Position numbers and translations under genes: made by a program | The notes under the pieces: generated by a model | Database searches by the model: none | The model's input: only the letters and a program-made list of their open reading frames with translations | Told to the model about the DNA's origin: nothing | From: Nibricoccus sp. | Lineage (GTDB): Bacteria; Verrucomicrobiota; Verrucomicrobiia; Opitutales; Opitutaceae | DNA length: 64,000 nucleotides | Assembly: GCA_047602425.1 (NCBI GenBank) | Contig: JASGHG010000001.1 | Location: forward strand, 576,001 to 640,000 | Direction of reading: 5' to 3' | In this document: positions 42,097 through 50,069 of the stretch, piece by piece | Layout: every line of letters starts with the position of its first letter | Numbering within the stretch: position 1 is the first letter of the stretch

Positions 42097-43629
42097 TTAT
42101 TCGGCGACTTCAACCGTGACGTTTTTGCGCAGGCCATCGACTGTGATCACCAGATCGAGGTGCTCGCCTTTGGCGAGGTCTTTCACGAGGCCGGTTTTAG
42201 CGGTTGGAGTCGGTTTTGGCGTGACAGGTGCCGGCACGGCCGCCGGGGTGGACTTGATTTCCACAGGCTTGGGCGCTTCGGCGGCGGGAGCGGGCTTCTT
42301 GTGCAGCGCGGCAAACTCGACCGGGAACATGGCGTGGAGCACGCAGGCTTCGTCGTCGGTCGGCAGGCCTTTGGCGGCAAGTTCGGCGCGGAGCGTGTCC
42401 ATGCGAGGCTTGAGGTTGTCGGCGGGGCGGCACTCCAGCGGCTTCTGGCCGGTCTTGTCCATCGCGAGCTTGAGCACCTCGGAATCGATCGGACCGGGCG
42501 TGCGGCCATATTTGCCGAGCGCAATGTCCATCGCGGGCTGGGAGAAATTTTTCCAACGGCCAAACTTCACGTTGAGCATGGCCTGCGTGCCGACGATTTG
42601 CGAAGTGGGCGTGACAAGCGGGATCCAGCCCAGACATTTGCGGATGTAGGGAATTTCGAGGAGAACCTGCTCAAACTTGTCGGACATGCCTTGTTCCTTG
42701 AGCTGGTTTCGGAAATTCGAAAGCATGCCGCCGGGCACTTGGTAACAAAGCGTGTCGCTATCGACAACCTCGTTGGCGTGCGAGGTGAACTTCGAAAGTT
42801 GGGCATAGACGTCGGTAAAGTAAACGCGCAGCTCCTGGAGTTTCCTCGCGTCGAACTGCGGGCAGCGGGTATGGCCTTCGAGCAGGGCAATCATGCGAAC
42901 GGTGTCCGGCTGCGAAGTGCCGTTGGCGAATGGCACGATGGAAGTTTCGACGGCATCGATGCCGGCTTCGATCGCGGCGTAGTAGGACGTGGCGGCCAGA
43001 CCGGCGGTGTCGTGGCTGTGCAGCGTGAGCGGCACGCCGACGCGGCGTTTGATTTCCTTAACCATCTGATAGGCGACCTGAGGGGCAATGACGCCGGACA
43101 TGTCCTTGATCGCGACGGAATCGCAGCCTTCTTTTTCAAGGGCAACGGCCATCTCGACAAAGGCTTCAACCGTATGGACGGGGCTGGTGGTGTAGCAGAG
43201 TTCGCCGCGGGCGTGCTTGCCGGATTTCTTCACGGCCTTGATCGCGGTCTTGAGGTTGCGGATGTCGTTGCAGGCGTCGAAAATTCGCATGACGTCCATA
43301 CCGGCCTTCGCCATGGCGGAGCAAAAAGCTTCAACGACGTCGTCGGGGAAGCTGGTGTATTGAACGATGTTTTGGCCGCGGAGGAGCATGATGTGCGGCG
43401 TTTGCGGTGCGGCTTTTTTGAGCGTGCGCAGGCGGTCGAACGGATTTTCACCGAGGAAGCGCAGGCAGGAGTCGATCGTGGCTCCGCCCCAAGTTTCGAG
43501 ACCGCCAAAGCCCATGCCGTCGAGGATCGGAGCGGCAGGAAGCATTTGGGCGGTAGTCATGCGGGTGGCAGCGAGGGACTGATGGCCGTCGCGCAGCACC
43601 GTATTGTTAAAAACGACAGGTTTAGACAT
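42097..43629 (-). CDS. Pyruvate/oxaloacetate carboxyltransferase subunit (OadA/PycB/5S-like) without a biotinyl domain
   Basis: LRDGHQSLAATRM, ETWGGAT, MLLRGQN, AIKDM, LHSHDT, QVPGGM, PLVTPTSQIVG; no AMKM motif. Confidence 0.9.
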   Translation of the reverse strand: MSKPVVFNNTVLRDGHQSLAATRMTTAQMLPAAPILDGMGFGGLETWGGATIDSCLRFLGENPFDRLRTLKKAAPQTPHIMLLRGQNIVQYTSFPDDVVEAFCSAMAKAGMDVMRIFDACNDIRNLKTAIKAVKKSGKHARGELCYTTSPVHTVEAFVEMAVALEKEGCDSVAIKDMSGVIAPQVAYQMVKEIKRRVGVPLTLHSHDTAGLAATSYYAAIEAGIDAVETSIVPFANGTSQPDTVRMIALLEGHTRCPQFDARKLQELRVYFTDVYAQLSKFTSHANEVVDSDTLCYQVPGGMLSNFRNQLKEQGMSDKFEQVLLEIPYIRKCLGWIPLVTPTSQIVGTQAMLNVKFGRWKNFSQPAMDIALGKYGRTPGPIDSEVLKLAMDKTGQKPLECRPADNLKPRMDTLRAELAAKGLPTDDEACVLHAMFPVEFAALHKKPAPAAEAPKPVEIKSTPAAVPAPVTPKPTPTAKTGLVKDLAKGEHLDLVITVDGLRKNVTVEVAE

Positions 43630-43644
43630 TGGGATGGTCAAAAA

Positions 43645-46551
43645 TCAGGGTGCCATTGTATCCAAGGCCTCGGAAAGAGGCTGAGCATTTGTTGCCTTTT
43701 GATCAGCAGGCATGGGCGTTTCTTGGTAAGCGCCCCGACGCACCTCGCGTTCGGGTAAGTCAGAGGTATCACGGGGTTTTTGAGGGTCAACCACGGGTTT
43801 GGGCGGAGGAGGCGGTACCGGCGGCGGCGGACCGGCGTAAAAAACCTTCAGCTTCTCAATTTCGAACCAGCTCTTCTCCGCGGGGCGTTCGCGAGGCAGC
43901 AGGACCTGACGTTCCAACACGCGCCGGTTGCGACCGTCGTAAAGCATGATCCCCGAACCATCCTTTCCGCCCACGGGCACGGCGATGAGCGCATCGACCG
44001 TGCTTTGCTGATAGGGCAACAGCAGGCGCTGGCCGTCAATCAACGCGCGGGCAACGTCGTCGGGCGTCGCCGGTTTCACATCCATCAACGGCACGGAGGG
44101 GGCCGCCGCCGGGCGCGCCACGCTCCAACGAGCGCGCGGGCTGACGGGACTGTCGTAGAAAACATCCTCAAGGGTGCGCTCTTCGCCGGGCGCGGCAGGC
44201 GTCAGGGATTTTTCAATGGCCCGCAAGACTGCGGTCTGCGGATCGACGGGCGCGATCTCGGATTTTGCCGTGAACGCTTGCTGAATCCGACCGCCCACCG
44301 GCACCAGCAGGACAAGCAGCCAGACAAACACCGCGCAAAACCAGGCCGGCAGCGCCAAGCCAGCCGCGGGCAGAGGTGCCGGAGCAGGCTTGAGCGCAAG
44401 GCCGGCGGCTTCGTGGTAGATGGCAGAAAGTTCGTTAATGAGATCTCGCTGAGAAACGGGTTTGCCCGCGCCGGCGAGCAACGTGGCCGCCTCATTTTGT
44501 CCGCGCAAAAGAGGCGTGTTGAAACGCCAGGGCGCGGCGGCGGGCGCGTGCCGGCGAACCAGGAGCGTGAGCCATTTCCCCGCGGTAAAACGCAGCGCGA
44601 CAAAAACCACCACGGCGCCTGCGAGCCAGAGCGGAAGCTGTGCCCATTGCCTGAGCGCGGCGGCCGCGAGGCCCAAAAGCAGCCAGCCGCCCAAAAGGTA
44701 TTTCCAAGGTCCAAAAAGCACATAACCACAACGCATCGCCTGAGCCAAACGCAGCCAGAAGAGCGCCTGCGAAAGTTTTTCCGCGCGCTGCCGCAACTCC
44801 TCGTAGCGTTCTTTTCGATAATTCTCGTGGGTGATGTAGCCGTAACGTTCCGGTTGGGCGGCGGTCGAAGCGAGCAGCACGAGTTCCGCATTGGTCAATC
44901 GCGGCTGGGTCAGCAGATGCTGGATGTGTTTTTCCCGACTGCAGGCAAAGCGCTCCTGCAAACTCTTGCGCACATCGAAGAGCTTGCGCTCCCCTTCCAT
45001 CGCGAGCAGCAGAAGCCGGGCGTAATCGGCCGGATTGGAAAGATCGAGCCAGCCCTGGCTGATCGCCACCGAAATAGCCTCCCCGCTGACCGTGGCGCCG
45101 AGCGTCGAAAGCAAACGCGCCGCATCCGGGTCGGCCTGCTCGATCAGCTTAATATAGGGCTTTGCCGTAAGTGCCTTGACCATGGCCACGCCGCTCGCGA
45201 CGCCACCGCGCGCAAAAAGGCCCTTCACACACGCCGCGTCGACGCGTTGGCCAAAAAGCGTGAGCTTCGCGTCCTCACCGCCGAGCAACAACCACGCCGC
45301 AGCGGCAATCACCGACTCGCGTGCATCCGTCGGCAGATCCTTCCAACTCGGGATCTGCATGAACTTGTGCAGTTCCTCGATCTTGTCCCGCACCTGCCGG
45401 TACTCGGGACGGTCACCGACGAAATAGACCAGTGTGGTGGCGTCGTCGGTCGCGAAAAGATTTTTCACGCCATCCGCCCATTCGGCGTCGTGCGTGAAAA
45501 ATTCCGCCGCCTCCGCGACGGTGAACATGCGATCCTTCCAGCCAAAAAGCTGTTCGTTGCGCGCCAATTGATAGCGATCCTTGACCGGCTGCTGCTTGAG
45601 CCAGCGCTGGATTTCATCCGTGCCCCACCGGCCGTCGCGCGAACTCGTAAGCAACCCGCGCAACAAATCCGTCAACCGCTGGCTCATCGGCGGCATCAAT
45701 TCCACCGCGCCCGCGCGTGGCGCCTTCGGATCGCGTTCCAACAACAGCGCCTCGGCCCGCGTCCGCACTTCAGGCGACTCCAGCGAGATGTCGCGGTTCA
45801 TGACCAAGCCCAGGACATGGCGGCCCAGGGTCACTTCCTGCAAAATGCGTCCGAGCGACCACCAATCCCACGCGCGCAAGCCTGCCCCTGGCGAATGTTT
45901 CGACAAACCCGCGGCCTCCGGCGGCGCGTAAAGGGGGTCGACAGGCATGGGAATCAGGCCCGGTTGATTGTACAGCGTGACAAACTCCAACCCTCCCACA
46001 ATGATCTGCGCCACGCTGCCCTCGGCCGGAAGATAAATTGTCTCTGGTCGAAGGTTCAGGTGAACCAGTCCGCGATCGTGCATCGCGATGAGGGCATCTC
46101 CCACCTGACGAACGATGTGCTCGATATCCTCGATCGTGGCTTTGCGGCAGGCCGCCCATTCATGCAAAGTCGTGGCCGGCAGCGGCGGCGTGATTTCAAA
46201 ACGAAAACCGTCTTCTTCGACCGCTTCGATTCCCCGCAACACACCGGCCCGGCTCATCGAATGCAGTTCCTGCCAAGCCTGCGTCCGGACCGCGCTGTCA
46301 TCGCCGCACGGCATGATGCGGATCTGCACGTCCTCCAACATGCCGACATTCACGGCGTGATATAACCAACCGATTTCCGTATCGATTTGATCGCCGATCT
46401 GGTAATTGCGCCAGCGCTGCCCCGCCGTCACTGGCGAACGCAAAGGCCTTATCGCCGCCGACGGCTCCGCCCCGGGAGACGTTACTTGTTCAGGCAACGC
46501 CTCTTGCGGCGGCAATGCAGCCGTTTCCGGCGAATCGGGCACGTCGGGCAT
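43645..46551 (-). CDS. Membrane protein with an N-terminal Ser/Thr kinase-like (probable pseudokinase) domain
   Basis: GLVHLNLRPETI, YAPPE, WDWWSLG, LLRGLL..RW; about three TM segments; Pro-rich tail. Confidence 0.75.
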   Translation of the reverse strand: MPDVPDSPETAALPPQEALPEQVTSPGAEPSAAIRPLRSPVTAGQRWRNYQIGDQIDTEIGWLYHAVNVGMLEDVQIRIMPCGDDSAVRTQAWQELHSMSRAGVLRGIEAVEEDGFRFEITPPLPATTLHEWAACRKATIEDIEHIVRQVGDALIAMHDRGLVHLNLRPETIYLPAEGSVAQIIVGGLEFVTLYNQPGLIPMPVDPLYAPPEAAGLSKHSPGAGLRAWDWWSLGRILQEVTLGRHVLGLVMNRDISLESPEVRTRAEALLLERDPKAPRAGAVELMPPMSQRLTDLLRGLLTSSRDGRWGTDEIQRWLKQQPVKDRYQLARNEQLFGWKDRMFTVAEAAEFFTHDAEWADGVKNLFATDDATTLVYFVGDRPEYRQVRDKIEELHKFMQIPSWKDLPTDARESVIAAAAWLLLGGEDAKLTLFGQRVDAACVKGLFARGGVASGVAMVKALTAKPYIKLIEQADPDAARLLSTLGATVSGEAISVAISQGWLDLSNPADYARLLLLAMEGERKLFDVRKSLQERFACSREKHIQHLLTQPRLTNAELVLLASTAAQPERYGYITHENYRKERYEELRQRAEKLSQALFWLRLAQAMRCGYVLFGPWKYLLGGWLLLGLAAAALRQWAQLPLWLAGAVVVFVALRFTAGKWLTLLVRRHAPAAAPWRFNTPLLRGQNEAATLLAGAGKPVSQRDLINELSAIYHEAAGLALKPAPAPLPAAGLALPAWFCAVFVWLLVLLVPVGGRIQQAFTAKSEIAPVDPQTAVLRAIEKSLTPAAPGEERTLEDVFYDSPVSPRARWSVARPAAAPSVPLMDVKPATPDDVARALIDGQRLLLPYQQSTVDALIAVPVGGKDGSGIMLYDGRNRRVLERQVLLPRERPAEKSWFEIEKLKVFYAGPPPPVPPPPPKPVVDPQKPRDTSDLPEREVRRGAYQETPMPADQKATNAQPLSEALDTMAP

Positions 46552-46642
46552 GTTGATGATGTTTCAACACTTATAACGGCTCCGTTCCGATGGGATTTAG
46601 CCGGAAGAATGGGCGGGCGACCCTTGGTCAATCGCCCAATAT

Positions 46643-46696
46643 CGCGGGTCGAAAGCCGAGTTGAAATAGCTCCCGGCACCCGACACTCGTGACTCG
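46643..46696 (-). repeat. Short degenerate heptamer inverted hairpin after thrC
   Basis: Minus strand CGAGTCA CGAGTGT CGGGTGC CGGG ... CTCGGCTTTCGACCCGCG. Confidence 0.45.
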
Positions 46697-46710
46697 TTTG
46701 AACCACCAGC

Positions 46711-48066
46711 TCAGCTCTGCGCTTCGATGAATCTGCGGACCGCTTCGACGGTTGCGGGGATGCGGTGTTTGTCGAGTCGCTTGGATTTCAACGCCTCCAA
46801 CGCCGGATGCGTGGCTTCGCGGCCGATGGCCAGTTTAATCACATCGGGAAATTTTGCGGGATGCGCGGTCGACAAAACGACGCTGGTGCGGCCAGGCGCG
46901 AGGTCCTTGAAACCGCAGGCAGTGTGCGGATCGACGACGTATCCATATTTCGAATGCACGTCGCGGATGATCTGCGCGATCTCGGCGTCAGTTGTGCGCG
47001 ACGCCGTGAAGCTGTCGCGGTTGAAATTCGGAAAAGTATAGCGGCCGGTTTTTTTGAACTCCGCCATGATGGCGCGAACGCGGGCGGGATCGCGGTTTTC
47101 GGCGAAATAAATAAACCGTTCGAAATTGGACGCGACCTGAATGTCCATCGACGGGGCGTGGCTGGGATGCACATCCGCCACGGAATAATCGCCAGTCGTG
47201 AAAAGACGGTAGAGAATGTCGTTCTGGTTCGTGGCGACGCGGAAGCTTCCGATCGGCAGGCCCATTTTTTGCACCAGCCAGCCGGCGAGGACGTTGCCGA
47301 AATTACCGGTAGGGACAACAAATTCCACTTTTTCCCGCGCTTCTGGCGGCAACCGCAACCAAGCGTAGAGATAGTACACGCATTGCGCGAGCACGCGGGC
47401 CAGGTTGATGGAGTTGACCGCGCTCAGCCGGTGGCGGGCGCGAAAATCCTGGTCCTCGAAAATAGTTTTGAGGGCGGCTTGCGCGTCATCGAACGTACCC
47501 TCGACCGCGAGGGCGAAAACGTTGTCGGCACCGGTGCAAGCCATCTGGCGTTCCTGCAGCGGCGAGACGCGGCCGTCGGGATAGAGGATGAAAATTTTCG
47601 CGCGTGCGCGGTCGAGCAGGCCGTGGATGGCGGCCGCGCCGGTGTCGCCCGAGGTGGCGCCGAGCACGGTGAGCGACTCGCTGCGGAGCTCGCACTGGTG
47701 CTCGTAGAGGTTGCCAAGGAGTTGGAGAGCGAAGTCCTTGAAGGCGAGCGTGGGACCGTGGAAGAGCTCGAGGACCCAAGTGTGTTTGTCGAGCTGCTTG
47801 AGCGGCGCGATATCGGGGTGATCGAAGCGGGTGTAGGATTTTGCAACGATGGCGCGTAGTTTTTCGGCCGGGATATCGGTCGCGAAAATTTTCAGAAATT
47901 CGAAGCAAAGTTCCGGGTAACTGAGCTTGGCCCAGGAAGTGAGCTTGCCCGAAATATCAGGCAGGCGCTCCGGCAAAAACAAACCACCGTCAGGAGCGAG
48001 CCCGGTGGCCACGGCATCGGAAAAACTGAGCGCTGGGGTTTGTCCGCGGGTGGAAATGAATTTCAT
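46711..48066 (-). CDS. thrC: Threonine synthase
   Basis: MKFISTRG, GLAPDGGL, ELFHGPTLAFKD, ATSGDTG, NSINLAR, VPTGNFGN, STAHPAKF. Confidence 0.97.
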   Translation of the reverse strand: MKFISTRGQTPALSFSDAVATGLAPDGGLFLPERLPDISGKLTSWAKLSYPELCFEFLKIFATDIPAEKLRAIVAKSYTRFDHPDIAPLKQLDKHTWVLELFHGPTLAFKDFALQLLGNLYEHQCELRSESLTVLGATSGDTGAAAIHGLLDRARAKIFILYPDGRVSPLQERQMACTGADNVFALAVEGTFDDAQAALKTIFEDQDFRARHRLSAVNSINLARVLAQCVYYLYAWLRLPPEAREKVEFVVPTGNFGNVLAGWLVQKMGLPIGSFRVATNQNDILYRLFTTGDYSVADVHPSHAPSMDIQVASNFERFIYFAENRDPARVRAIMAEFKKTGRYTFPNFNRDSFTASRTTDAEIAQIIRDVHSKYGYVVDPHTACGFKDLAPGRTSVVLSTAHPAKFPDVIKLAIGREATHPALEALKSKRLDKHRIPATVEAVRRFIEAQS

Positions 48067-48075
48067 GGTATGAAA

Positions 48076-48117
48076 AGATGCCAGAAGCCAGAGGCCGGGG
48101 GCCAGAAAGCGGAGGCA
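48076..48117. repeat. Heptamer array, downstream arm of the four-helix-bundle cassette
   Basis: AGATGCC AGAAGCC AGAGGCC GGGGGCC AGAAAGC GGAGGCA. Confidence 0.85.
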
Positions 48118-48140
48118 GTATCAAAATAAAGAGTCAGATA

Positions 48141-48602
48141 TCAATCCCGAGAACGGGCGTCACGCAGCAAGAAAGGTTCTGGTTTACTCATAATGCTGCC
48201 GAGCATACGCCCAACCTCGCGCATGTGCGCGTGAACAGCGTCGAAATCCGTTGACGCCAGATAGCCGTGATCTCTCGCGAACATCAGCCAGTTTTCGGTC
48301 TCCAGAAGCTCAGTGTCGCTATCGGAAAGTTTGCTGACAAAGTGCGCTTCGTACCGGCGCTTACCCCAAGCTTCCGCAATGTTAGCGCTTATAGAGCGTG
48401 AAGAGCGCCGGACTTGATCGGTCAGCGCATATTTTTCTTCACGCGGCCAATCCTTGGAAAGCGTGAAGACATGGCGGCCAAGATCAAAGGCCTTCTTCCA
48501 AACGTGAAGGTCGGTAAAATGTCGGATCGGCGCCGAAGTTTTATTTCCGGCATCCGATTTCTGACTTCCGACCTCCGGAATCTGGCCTCTGACTTCCGGC
48601 AT
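48141..48602 (-). CDS. Four-helix-bundle protein (23S rRNA IVS protein family)
   Basis: FTDLHVWKKA, PREEKYALTDQVRRSSRSISANIAEAW, ETENWL..A...GY; N-terminus encoded by the heptamer array. Confidence 0.92.
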   Translation of the reverse strand: MPEVRGQIPEVGSQKSDAGNKTSAPIRHFTDLHVWKKAFDLGRHVFTLSKDWPREEKYALTDQVRRSSRSISANIAEAWGKRRYEAHFVSKLSDSDTELLETENWLMFARDHGYLASTDFDAVHAHMREVGRMLGSIMSKPEPFLLRDARSRD

Positions 48603-48611
48603 CTGGCCTCT
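48543..48611. repeat. Heptamer array, upstream arm of the four-helix-bundle cassette
   Basis: Minus strand AGAGGCC AGATGCC GGAAGTC AGAGGCC AGATTCC GGAGGTC GGAAGTC AGAAATC GGATGCC GGAAAT. Confidence 0.9.
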
Positions 48612-48615
48612 TGTT

Positions 48616-49830
48616 TTAGCTGCGATCCAGCCCGAACGCCGTATGCACCGCACGAGCGGCTTCATCGGCCTTCGCTTGGGCGATGGAGACGGTGATCTTG
48701 ATTTCGGACGTGCTAATGAGGTCGATGTTCACGCCGGCTTCGGCGAGCGCTTGGAAGAGCGTGGCAGCGACACCGCTGTGCGTCTTCATGCCGACGCCGA
48801 CGACGGAAAGTTTGGCGATTTGGTCTTGGGAAGAGATGGAGCCGCCAAGTTCCTTCAACACGGGTTCGAGCGCGCGGGTGGCTTTGTTAACCTCGTTGGC
48901 GGGCACCGTGAAAGTGAGATTCGCCACGCCGTTGTGGCCGACGTTCTGCACGATCATGTCGACCACGATGTTGGCGCCGGCCAGGGCCTTGAAAACCTTG
49001 GCGGCGGAGCCGGGTTTGTCAGCGACGTTGCCAAGGACGACCTTGGATTGGTTTTTGTCGATGGCGACACCGCGCACGACGACTTTTTCCATGGAGGCGA
49101 CTTCTTCTTTCACGATGGTTCCTGGGTTGTAATTAAAGGAGGAGCGAACTTCAAAAACGACGTCGTACTTCTTGGCGAACTCGACGGAGCGGTTTTGCAT
49201 GACCTTGGAGCCGGCAGAGGCGAGTTCGAGCATTTCGTCATACGAAATCTCTTCGATCTTGCGGGCGTTTTTCACGATGCGCGGATCGGCAGTGTAAACG
49301 CCGTCGACGTCGGTGTAGATTTCACATTTGTCCGCCGCGATCGCGCTGGCGATGGCAATGGCGCTGAGATCCGAGCCGCCGCGGCCCAGCGTCGTGGTCT
49401 GGCCTTCGGCGGTGATGCCTTGGAAGCCGGCGAGAATGATGACGTTGCCAGCGTTCAGGTCGGCTTTGAGTTTCGTGGCATCGATCGAATGGATGCGGGC
49501 CTTCGTATGGGCCTTGTCGGTCAGAATACCGGCCTGCGCGCCCGTGTAGCTAATCGCCGGAACGCCGATGGCTTGGAGCGCGATGGCGGTGAGGGCAATG
49601 GTTTCCTGTTCGCCGACTGCGAGGAGCTGATCCATTTCCCGCTCGCTGGGCAGCGGGGTAATCGCTTCGGCGCGGGCAATAAGTTCGTTGGTCACGCCTG
49701 AGCGAGCCGAGACGACGACCACCATTTGGTGACCTTCGTCGCGATAGGACTTGATGCGCTCAGCGACTTTTTTGATGCGTTCGACGTCACCTACGGAGGT
49801 GCCGCCATATTTTTGGACGATGATGGCCAT
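48616..49830 (-). CDS. lysC: Aspartate kinase
   Basis: VQKYGGTSV, TTLGRGGSD, YTDVDGVYTADP, two ACT domains, STSEIK. Confidence 0.97.
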   Translation of the reverse strand: MAIIVQKYGGTSVGDVERIKKVAERIKSYRDEGHQMVVVVSARSGVTNELIARAEAITPLPSEREMDQLLAVGEQETIALTAIALQAIGVPAISYTGAQAGILTDKAHTKARIHSIDATKLKADLNAGNVIILAGFQGITAEGQTTTLGRGGSDLSAIAIASAIAADKCEIYTDVDGVYTADPRIVKNARKIEEISYDEMLELASAGSKVMQNRSVEFAKKYDVVFEVRSSFNYNPGTIVKEEVASMEKVVVRGVAIDKNQSKVVLGNVADKPGSAAKVFKALAGANIVVDMIVQNVGHNGVANLTFTVPANEVNKATRALEPVLKELGGSISSQDQIAKLSVVGVGMKTHSGVAATLFQALAEAGVNIDLISTSEIKITVSIAQAKADEAARAVHTAFGLDRS

Positions 49831-50069
49831 GGACGGAGTCGCACAGTGGAAAGCGATTATTGGGCGGACCGCCAGCGGAAATTTCAGATTCTGCATTGAC
49901 TGGGATAGTTATAACCATCGCAAAAGCCCACGTAGGCGGACTGTAAGGCGGCGTTTTACCTTTCTCCCAGCCCCACCCTCGGGCAGATAACCAGTTTCCC
50001 GCAGATTCGTTCAATTTCCCTGTCGACGCGCCAAAATCCCGGCCTTTCCCAACCCAACCATTTTCTTTC

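Noticed and set aside
43780..46365. 861-aa plus-strand ORF and other long antisense ORFs (129-1940, 42160-43758, 59638-60900)
   Set aside because: Shadow frames of real genes in GC-rich DNA, with no recognisable motifs
48141..48602. Diversity-generating retroelement (Avd-like gene)
   Set aside because: No reverse transcriptase and no TR/VR pair seen in the window
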